Source of the DNA: Clostridia bacterium
GTDB taxonomy: Bacteria > Bacillota > Clostridia > Acetivibrionales > JBAZRJ01
Assembly (NCBI GenBank): GCA_041662985.1
Contig: JBAZRJ010000002.1
Location: 10,826 to 74,825 of the forward strand
Length of the DNA: 64,000 nucleotides
Direction: 5' to 3'
The notes below the pieces were generated by a model. The model worked only from the letters and a program-made list of their open reading frames with translations, was not told the DNA's origin and searched no databases. Position 1 is the first letter of the stretch. Each line of letters opens with the position of its first letter. Below are positions 27,235 through 34,078 of the stretch, piece after piece. The position numbers were made by a program, and so were the translations under genes.

Positions 27235-27341
27235 TTAGTTCTCAAATTAAAAAATTACCGCTATCAAATGACTTTGATATAGCGGTAATAAAAGGCTATT
27301 TTCTTTCCATGTTTATTCAGTTCAAAAACCCGCAAAAGCAT

Positions 27342-27399
27342 TGGTGGGGATGGTCGGAGTCGAACCGACATGATCTTTCGACCGAAGGATTTTGAGTCC
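27342..27399 (-). pseudogene. 3'-half fragment of tRNA-Leu(CAA) (copy D) with duplicated 3' flank and terminator
   Basis: tggtggggatggtcggagtcgaaccgacatgatctttcgaccgaaggattttgagtcc differs at 3 of 58 positions from the intact gene. Similarity ends after the anticodon loop. The adjacent 27251-27341 is homologous to 29815-29902 and includes the hairpin TACCGCTATCAAA...TTTGATATAGCGGTA. Confidence 0.8.
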
Positions 27400-27607
27400 G
27401 CTCTGTAGCCTTACGCAACAAGTCTTGAAACCCTTACTGGAGTTATGTTTGATATTCCAGCCCTTTAGTGGCGAGTTGCAACGTTATTGTTCATCTCAAT
27501 AATATAATTATATTTGATAATAGTTTATGCGGTATATAATGCGGTACATTGTTGCTTTAATTTTGAATAGTTCCAGTATCGAAAGGACAATGATTAAATT
27601 AATAGAA

Positions 27608-27637
27608 ACCCGGAGCGCTCATCGTCCAGGTTTTTTT
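27608..27637 (-). terminator. Bidirectional-looking terminator downstream of LRR gene 27709-29649
   Basis: ACCCGGA-gcgctcatcg-TCCAGGT flanked by A/T runs, about 70 nt after the minus-strand stop. Confidence 0.5.
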
Positions 27638-27708
27638 ATTATGGTTGATATTCAAAGTATATGATGAAGTTTCGGACTAATATTCAACAAAACTTTTTTC
27701 AATCAAGA

Positions 27709-29649
27709 TTAATTTTTTATGATTTTAACCTTAAGTTTTATTTTTGCATTGCCGTAAACCGAGTAAAGTGTTATCACAGCTTCCCCAGTTTTTTTAGCTT
27801 TTATAATGCCAGAGGAAGATGTTGTAGACGCGATGGATGAGTCGCTGGAACGCCAATATATATCCGTATTCGTAGCATTTGCCGGCAATATTATGGGCGT
27901 TATCTTAATATTCTGGCCGACTTTTAATGTAATGGAAGATTTACTAAGAGCAATGCTATCGACCGGAATGAACGTTTGTCCATTGTGAGGGTCACTGAAC
28001 CCGACTTTACCGTCAATATAAAAGAGATGGGTTCCATTATTCCCGTATTTGAAAGGATATTTATTAATAAAAGGTTGAATGTGCTCAATATATGTTTCCA
28101 ATTCAGGCGCATTTCCTAAAAAATATGCTTCCTTTAATTCCGTCGAATAGAATGCTCCTATTGCTATAAATTTCATAGTGGCAGGTATGACAACGGTTTT
28201 AAACCCCGTATCTGCAAAAGCATACCCCTCGATTCTTTCAACACCATTAGGTATCCATATACGTTTCAATGAAGTGCAGTTCATAAACGCGCACGTCGCA
28301 AGTTTTTTGACCCGATTTGGAATTTCATAAAAATTATACGTTTTTCCAACAGGATACAAAATGAGCTGAGTCTGGCTTTTATTGAATAAGACCCCGTTTA
28401 TGCTTTTATAAAATTTATTGTTACTGCTTACATTTATGGTTTTCAATTCATTACAGTGTCTAAAGGCAATTTCTCCGATTTTTTCGACTTTAGAAGGTAT
28501 CGTTATTTTTTTTAATAACTCACATTCCTCAAATGCTGAATTACCAATACTTTTGAGGCTTGTCGGAAATGTTATTGCCTTCAATTTTTTGCAAAATTTA
28601 AAAGCTTCATTTCCGATTGAAATCGTACTTGTATACAGGTCAATGTATGTCAGATTATCGCAGTGGTAAAATGCTTTATTCCCTATTGTCTTAACGCCTT
28701 TATTAAATATCACACTATTTAAGCTAACGCAGTATTGGAATGCAGCAGAACCGATTCTGGTTATGTGCGACGCCAATGTTATCTGGCTTAGTTTCTTGCA
28801 ATCCGACATAGCGAAATCGCCAATCTCGTATAATCCTGACGGAAACCTAATTTTACTAAGCGCCCAGCAGCTACTAAACGTGCGTGCTTTTATGGAAGTC
28901 ACTCCTGCGGGTATTGAAATGGCAGTTAATTTCAGGCAACTTTGAAATGCTCCACACCCAATTGACCTAACGGTTGTCGGAATCAGAAAAGACACCAATT
29001 CAGAGCAAGATGAGAACGCATAGTTGCCAATCGTTTTCAAACCCGTTTTTGACGATATTTTTTTCAGATTGGAGCAATTCGAAAAAGCTTTATAACCGAT
29101 TGTAACGACGGAAGCCGCAATTTGATATTCAGAGTCAGATTTTGTATTGGGATATGAAATTAATTTTGTTTTCGTTTTGTTGAACAAAATTCCCTGATAG
29201 CTTGAAAAGTATTGGTTGGCTTTGTCTACATCAATATTTTGTATGTGTTCATCGTCAAAAGTGCCCACTTGGATATATTTGATTGATGATGGAATTGACA
29301 TTGTAAAGCATTCATTTACATGTTTAAATGCTCCGGATTTGATGCCCACCACCAATTGGCCTTCAATAGTCTTGGGAATCTCAATGTGTCCAAAGAATTC
29401 ATTCCCCGGGTAATAGTTGGTAATAATCAGCCCGCCATATTTATCGCTGTATGTATGAAGAAACTCTGCGGGAATTGTTGGGGTCGTAGTAGCAGAGGGT
29501 GTGGGGGTTACAGAGGGAGGTAGCGGAGTAAATGATAGTATTGACTGCGGGACCGAAGCCGTATTCGAATTTGGCGAGGCATAACTTGTGATTGGAAACA
29601 ATGAAAAAAATATGCTTATCGAAAGCATCATGGATAAAATCTTTTTCAT
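27709..29649 (-). CDS. Secreted BspA-type LRR (LRR_5) protein with one C-terminal Big_2 domain
   Basis: Start placed at MKKILSMMLSISIFFSLFPITSYA (GGAGGAAAG RBS). A short PS/PT linker precedes about 17 LRR_5 units, and the Big_2 domain reads ...IYWRSSDSSIASTTSSSGIIKAKKTGEAVITL. Confidence 0.85.
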   Translation of the reverse strand: MKKILSMMLSISIFFSLFPITSYASPNSNTASVPQSILSFTPLPPSVTPTPSATTTPTIPAEFLHTYSDKYGGLIITNYYPGNEFFGHIEIPKTIEGQLVVGIKSGAFKHVNECFTMSIPSSIKYIQVGTFDDEHIQNIDVDKANQYFSSYQGILFNKTKTKLISYPNTKSDSEYQIAASVVTIGYKAFSNCSNLKKISSKTGLKTIGNYAFSSCSELVSFLIPTTVRSIGCGAFQSCLKLTAISIPAGVTSIKARTFSSCWALSKIRFPSGLYEIGDFAMSDCKKLSQITLASHITRIGSAAFQYCVSLNSVIFNKGVKTIGNKAFYHCDNLTYIDLYTSTISIGNEAFKFCKKLKAITFPTSLKSIGNSAFEECELLKKITIPSKVEKIGEIAFRHCNELKTINVSSNNKFYKSINGVLFNKSQTQLILYPVGKTYNFYEIPNRVKKLATCAFMNCTSLKRIWIPNGVERIEGYAFADTGFKTVVIPATMKFIAIGAFYSTELKEAYFLGNAPELETYIEHIQPFINKYPFKYGNNGTHLFYIDGKVGFSDPHNGQTFIPVDSIALSKSSITLKVGQNIKITPIILPANATNTDIYWRSSDSSIASTTSSSGIIKAKKTGEAVITLYSVYGNAKIKLKVKIIKN

Positions 29650-29725
29650 AGGGCTTTCCTCCAATCGTTCTCTAATTCTTACCCAATTTATTGATGATTA
29701 TTTTTATAATCTATATGTATATATT

Positions 29726-29734
29726 ATTATATCA
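29726..29734 (-). promoter_or_regulatory. Extended -10 promoter TGaTATAAT of LRR gene 27709-29649
   Basis: Minus strand reads GTGATATAATAAT about 77 nt upstream of the ATG. Confidence 0.45.
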
Positions 29735-29813
29735 CTAATTTACATTTCAATACATTTTTTATATTATAACCCTTACACACAAAGGATTCTAACTCCGTTT
29801 AGTTATTCAAATT

Positions 29814-29846
29814 AAAAAAACACCGCTGTCAAAAGACAACGGTTTA
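29814..29846 (-). terminator. Intrinsic terminator of tRNA-Leu
   Basis: Minus strand: ACCGUUGUC-uuuu-GACAGCGGU followed by GUUUUUUU, about 55 nt after the CCA end. Confidence 0.7.
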
Positions 29847-29902
29847 GCGGTAATAAAGGGCTATTTTCTTTACATGTTTATTTAGTTCGAAAACCCGCAA
29901 AG

Positions 29903-29989
29903 TGGTGGGGATGGCCGGAGTCGAACCGGCATGATCTTTCGACCGATGGATTTTGAGTCCATTGCGTCTGCCAATTTCACCACATCCCC
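29903..29989 (-). tRNA. tRNA-Leu (anticodon CAA), class II with long variable arm, CCA encoded
   Basis: Reverse complement: GGGGATGTGGTGAAATTGGCAGACGCAATGGACTCAAAATCCATCGGTCGAAAGATCATGCCGGTTCGACTCCGGCCATCCCCACCA. Acceptor GGGGATG/CATCCCC; anticodon stem ATGGA/TCCAT with loop CTCAAAA; T arm GCCGG-TTCGACT-CCGGC. Confidence 0.9.
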
Positions 29990-30065
29990 ATATTTAATTT
30001 CTTTTTCATCTCAAAAAGTTTAATGCGGTAAAAATGCGGTATTTTGTCGATTTTCAAAAATATCA

Positions 30066-30096
30066 AAACCCGTAATCGTTTGATATGAGCGGGTTT
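30066..30096 (-). terminator. Probable terminator of the GrpB-containing operon
   Basis: Minus strand: AAACCCG-cucauaucaaacgauua-CGGGUUU followed by UGAUAUUUUUG. Confidence 0.45.
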
Positions 30097-30127
30097 CAAG
30101 GGTTGTGTATGGCCAAATGTCATTGGT

Positions 30128-30181
30128 TTTTGAGTCCGTTGCGTCTGCCAATTTCACCACATCCCCATATTTAATTTGCTT
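30128..30181 (-). pseudogene. 5'-half fragment of tRNA-Leu(CAA) plus 5' flank (copy F)
   Basis: ttttgagtccgttgcgtctgccaatttcaccacatccccatatttaattt matches 29951-30000 with one mismatch, offset 177 bp. Similarity ends in the anticodon loop, and no T arm or acceptor 3' strand follows. Confidence 0.8.
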
Positions 30182-30232
30182 TTTTATATTAACATACAGA
30201 ACGCTTCAAATCAAGCAATAAGTTAACTGCTT

Positions 30233-30802
30233 CTATTGTTTTTTCAATTCTTTTCGTGCCAGAAAAGTTACCCTTTCGATAAATTCGGTTTTGCCTTGTG
30301 TATAGGCTTCCCTGTCATTTTCAAATCTATCCTTCAGTTCAAACTTTAAAATCCCATACTCTTTTGCAACTTCTTCATGCAGAATAAGATAATCCCTAAA
30401 GTATATCTCATCCCAATCTCCGTTATAGCGGACATGGACATGAAATGTTTGTCCTTCAAAGCCATTTTGCGAATATCCTTTCATAAACATCATATGGGGA
30501 GCAGGATTTTTAGGCTGCAGGCTGTAATGATAACCGATACTTTCGATTTTTAAAATAAAATCATCAATATCAGTTTCATTTGAAATTTCTATTAAAATAT
30601 CTACTGTAGGCTTTGCAGGTAAACCTGGCACCGCAGTGCTCCCATAATGGCTTATCCGAATGATGTTTTCACCAACGACATCTTCAATTTTTATTTTCTC
30701 TAGTTCATAAAGCTTTTTCCATTCCGGATTATGCTCCGTTATGATTATCGGAAAAAGTTTACCAAGCTCATCTACGTTCATTTCTTCGAGTTTTCTTGAC
30801 AT
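30233..30802 (-). CDS. GrpB-family (UPF0157) protein
   Basis: 189 aa with ...ISHYGSTAVPGLPAKPTVDILIEI...HVHV..., characteristic of the GrpB nucleotidyltransferase-fold family. Confidence 0.75.
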   Translation of the reverse strand: MSRKLEEMNVDELGKLFPIIITEHNPEWKKLYELEKIKIEDVVGENIIRISHYGSTAVPGLPAKPTVDILIEISNETDIDDFILKIESIGYHYSLQPKNPAPHMMFMKGYSQNGFEGQTFHVHVRYNGDWDEIYFRDYLILHEEVAKEYGILKFELKDRFENDREAYTQGKTEFIERVTFLARKELKKQ

Positions 30803-30808
30803 CTGCTT

Positions 30809-31276
30809 TTATCTCTTCTTCCTATAATGTATCAGTGCCAATCTTTCATTAACAGGTGTTATTTCACTTGTCCTCACATAACCACACTTTTCATATATGT
30901 GGTGGTTCTTATAAAGGTCATGAGGAGTATCCAATACCCATTCGTTAACATCTGAATGGATTTTTTCCATCAAACCTATAGCCGTCTGAGCTATGCCTTT
31001 TCCCTGAAACTCTTGCTCAATAAATATGATTCTCAACTTCCACATATCTTTTTCTAATTCACGGGCCATAATTCCGCCCACCAAGCAATCATTTAACATA
31101 ATTTTATAGAAATATCCCTCATTGATGTGTTGCTTCATTTGCTCAAGCGTTTCGGAATAAGGATTAAGATTGCCATCCTGATAGCTTTCAAATAAAGGTA
31201 AAAATGCGTTTTTTTGAATGCTTAGAAGTGCTTCCGCATCAGTATCTGAAGCTAGGATAAGATATACTTCTGTCAT
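30809..31276 (-). CDS. GNAT-family N-acetyltransferase
   Basis: The acetyl-CoA binding block QEFQGKGIAQTAIGLMEK is present. Start placed at ATG 31274-31276 (MTEVYLIL, GGAGG RBS). This forms an ATGA overlap with the upstream deaminase fragment. Confidence 0.75.
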   Translation of the reverse strand: MTEVYLILASDTDAEALLSIQKNAFLPLFESYQDGNLNPYSETLEQMKQHINEGYFYKIMLNDCLVGGIMARELEKDMWKLRIIFIEQEFQGKGIAQTAIGLMEKIHSDVNEWVLDTPHDLYKNHHIYEKCGYVRTSEITPVNERLALIHYRKKR

Positions 31277-31467
31277 TTGTTTTGCCTCCCCCACCAATCC
31301 GGCAATAAATCTTTCAATTTAACTATTTTTTTTGTTTCGTTGTCAGTTAAAATCTCAATATCAGGGATATCCTTATCTAATTGCATCAAATATTCTCTGC
31401 AGGCACCGCAAGGAGAAACGACAATGCCGTCCGACATTACGCAAACCAATTCACAAAACTCTTTCAT
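31273..31467 (-). pseudogene. C-terminal half of a cytidine/blasticidin-S deaminase-like gene (5'-truncated)
   Basis: ...CVMSDGIVVSPCGACREYLMQL...IVKLKDLLPDWW matches the PCGxCRQ zinc-ligand motif and C-terminus of small CDA/BSD enzymes. The N-terminal (C/H)AE motif half is missing, and that frame is closed by TAG about 45 nt upstream. Confidence 0.6.
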
Positions 31468-31480
31468 TGTTTTGTTATCA

Positions 31481-32212
31481 TTACAACTTAATTGACCATT
31501 TCTTATTGTAAAACTTATAAACTATAGTCGCAGAATAACTGGCTTTGGCTTTATGTCTTTCCAAATTGTTGTACATATCGTCCATATTAAGAAACTTGCC
31601 GATTTTAAAAATATGTATGCCAATCCCGTTTTCATCTTGTTCGATGTCGGAAAAATCTATCAATAGTCCATCCTCGGCAAATGAAAGTAGCTGCCTTTCT
31701 AATTCAGAATTCATTTGACTAATCTTACTACGCTTCGTTTTTGTTGCCATTCTTACAATTTTATTTGATATTATCTCGCCAAATTCATCAAATTCTCGGC
31801 AATAAAGTCTGCAGAACCAACCGTCATCATGAGCTAAATAAGCATATCTGTTCTGTAATTTCTCAAAGAACGCACTATTTAACGGTAAAAGCATATGTCC
31901 AAGATATAAAAGTTCTGCAACTTCAGAAGGCGTAAGGCTGTCCACACTTTCTATGGTTTTACAATCAACCCAGCAGAAATCCCCCCAATTGTATGGATCT
32001 GCGCTTATCATTCGATTAATGCCTTCTTTATCAGCAACCTGTAGAAGATATTTATTACTGTAATCGTTGCTCGAAAGTCCTTTTAATATTAATATATTGT
32101 CAATCTCATGCGGAATTAGTTTAAGAAATTCCTTAAATTCCAATCCATAATAGACAACTTCATTCTTTTCAGGAAATGAATTAATGTAAAATACATCCCG
32201 CAAATTTCTCAA
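31481..32212 (-). CDS. Hypothetical cytoplasmic protein, no recognisable domain
   Basis: 243 aa with a TTG start and GGAGGG RBS. No TM helix or signal peptide, Cys/Trp/Asp-rich core (YNWGDFCWVDC..., AHDDGWFCRLYC). I cannot assign a family. Confidence 0.5.
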   Translation of the reverse strand: MRNLRDVFYINSFPEKNEVVYYGLEFKEFLKLIPHEIDNILILKGLSSNDYSNKYLLQVADKEGINRMISADPYNWGDFCWVDCKTIESVDSLTPSEVAELLYLGHMLLPLNSAFFEKLQNRYAYLAHDDGWFCRLYCREFDEFGEIISNKIVRMATKTKRSKISQMNSELERQLLSFAEDGLLIDFSDIEQDENGIGIHIFKIGKFLNMDDMYNNLERHKAKASYSATIVYKFYNKKWSIKL

Positions 32213-32502
32213 AAATTAGCCCTCCGCAATAATATTTACTTAACTTTCTTAAAGCCTCTTCTCTCTTTCAGCTATAACAATTAAATAGTTATGATAGGAT
32301 TTTATCATTTTCTTTATACTTAGTAAACATATAATGGAAAATAATTTAGCAATAATTTTAGCAATATGACGGACCAAAATCCGTTGTCTGGCTAAATAAA
32401 AAAACACCGGAAACTAATGTGCATTTATGTTTTAATTCTTATAGCCTACAATATCCATATACCATATTTCAATTCAGGTGCGACGCTTATATTGTGCGGG
32501 GC

Positions 32503-32988
32503 TTATATTTGCTTTATCCCGTGTTCAATGGTTTTCACAATAAGATTGCCGTCATCCGAATTAAACTCTAAAGTACGGCCGTAGTTGCCGCCGGTGTCCT
32601 CTGAAACAACAGTTATATCAAGGTCTTCAAGCTTCTTCTTCGCAGAGAGCACGTTGTTATGTCCGATTTTTGAGATATCGCACAGATATGCAGAGGAGAA
32701 CATTTGCGAACCTCCAACTAATTTTGCTGTTACTCTCTCCCTGGAAGCACCTATATTTATCATCTCTTTAAGAAGCTTGTCAACAGCAGTGTCAACAAAC
32801 TTTGCGGCATTCGATTTATTTTTTGCTTTTTTGCTCGAAGGCAGCATTATATGTGCAAGTCCTATTATTTTTTTCTGATGGTCATACAAAGCAACACCGA
32901 CGCAGGAGCCCAGTCCGTATGTCGTTAAAACGCAATTGCTGCATGCAACTTGTAAATCTGCCATCCCAACCTTTATAACCTTTTTCAT
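32503..32988 (-). CDS. cheD: Chemoreceptor glutamine deamidase CheD
   Basis: 161 aa with ...TYGLGSCVGVALYD... and HIMLP motifs. Last gene of the che cluster. Confidence 0.85.
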   Translation of the reverse strand: MKKVIKVGMADLQVACSNCVLTTYGLGSCVGVALYDHQKKIIGLAHIMLPSSKKAKNKSNAAKFVDTAVDKLLKEMINIGASRERVTAKLVGGSQMFSSAYLCDISKIGHNNVLSAKKKLEDLDITVVSEDTGGNYGRTLEFNSDDGNLIVKTIEHGIKQI

Positions 32989-33605
32989 TAAATCATTACC
33001 TCTAATGTCTTAAATAGCTTGTCAAACGAATCAATATCGGGTATTAGGAAAAAGTCCCCAACAACCTTCTTCTTGCCTTCGTAAAACTCTGTTTCGATGT
33101 AAATGGTTGAATCTCCGATTTTTCCGAATTGAATTGCCGGGACACTCAATATGGAGCCCGCCATATCAATTGCTATATCCGGCACTGAATGAATTATTTC
33201 AAATTTCGTAAGATACGAAATTGCCGAAAGGTAAGAACCTGCCAGGATATTGCCAATCTCTTTTAGTGCGGAAAGTTCATCCTCTGTTAATTTATGATCC
33301 TTACTGACTTTTTTGTTGAAAAGCATTTCTACCAATGATCTCGCTGCATCAAGTTTGAGAGTGATCATTATGCACCCCTTCAAATCGACATTTAGTGTGA
33401 ACAATATACCGATCAGAGGAGCTTCCGGATCCCCCAGTATTTCGTTTACCTTATCGAATTTAAGGATATTTACTTTTGGAACATTCATTACTACTTCTTT
33501 GTTAATCAATTTCGACAAAGATGTTGCGGCGTTTCCTGAACCAATGGTACCTATTTCACGTAGTATATCGATCTGTTTTTGGCTTAAATCGTCGATTTGT
33601 GTCAA
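32988..33605 (-). CDS. cheC: CheY-P phosphatase CheC
   Basis: 205 aa with duplicated EIGNI-type motifs (LREIGTIGSGNAATSLS; LKEIGNILAGSYLSAIS). Confidence 0.85.
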   Translation of the reverse strand: MTQIDDLSQKQIDILREIGTIGSGNAATSLSKLINKEVVMNVPKVNILKFDKVNEILGDPEAPLIGILFTLNVDLKGCIMITLKLDAARSLVEMLFNKKVSKDHKLTEDELSALKEIGNILAGSYLSAISYLTKFEIIHSVPDIAIDMAGSILSVPAIQFGKIGDSTIYIETEFYEGKKKVVGDFFLIPDIDSFDKLFKTLEVMI

Positions 33606-33624
33606 TTCGAATGCCCTCCTGACA

Positions 33625-34062
33625 TCATATTGTTATTACCTTTTCAAAATCTAATATTATTATGTTTCTTTTTTTGACTTTAATAATTCCGAGTACGAGT
33701 TCCGTCGAAACCTTGCTTGTGAAATTCGCCACGTTCTCCGAATAACCCTTGTCGATACTCAATACCTCGCTTGATGAATCAACAATTATTCCCGCAACTA
33801 TTTCTTTCATATCAAGAATAATTATCCTTGTATCCTCGGTATTCTGAATACTTTCCAAGTTTAGTCTTTTCCTCAGATCTATGATCGGGATTATTTCTCC
33901 CCTTAAATTAATCACTCCCTTCAGATAGTCCGGAGTTTTCGGGACTCGTGTAATATTAAACAATTCCTGCAATTCGATTACTTTTTTAATCTCTATTCCA
34001 AATTCTTCTTGGCCTAAATTAAAAATTATATATTTGCTTTCTATTTTTTTCTTATCTGCCAT
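33625..34062 (-). CDS. cheW: Chemotaxis coupling protein CheW
   Basis: Start placed at MADKKKIESKYIIF (AAGGAG RBS). ..FGIEIKKVIELQE...VPKTPDYLKGVINLRGEIIPIIDLR.. is a CheW domain. Confidence 0.9.
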   Translation of the reverse strand: MADKKKIESKYIIFNLGQEEFGIEIKKVIELQELFNITRVPKTPDYLKGVINLRGEIIPIIDLRKRLNLESIQNTEDTRIIILDMKEIVAGIIVDSSSEVLSIDKGYSENVANFTSKVSTELVLGIIKVKKRNIIILDFEKVITI

Positions 34063-34078
34063 GAATAATCGTCTCCTT

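Noticed and set aside
27342-27440. Copies A, C and D of the tRNA as possibly functional tRNA genes
   Set aside because: No sequence complementary to the 3' acceptor strand and no D arm exists upstream. Similarity stops in the anticodon loop, and in copy C the T stem no longer pairs.
27475-27640. Plus-strand sRNA gene (TTGCAA-18-TAATAT promoter-like hexamers and a hairpin + T7 at 27608-27637)
   Set aside because: The hairpin is more simply the bidirectional terminator of the minus-strand LRR gene that ends at 27709. The interval is a duplicated copy of the tRNA upstream region. The equivalent hairpin at 30066-30096 lacks a plus-strand U-tract.
16518-30181. Intact prophage, ICE or integrative island at tRNA-Leu
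   Set aside because: No integrase, excisionase, phage structural, replication or conjugation genes lie between the tRNA fragments. The only mobile-element gene is a decayed IS3 transposase.
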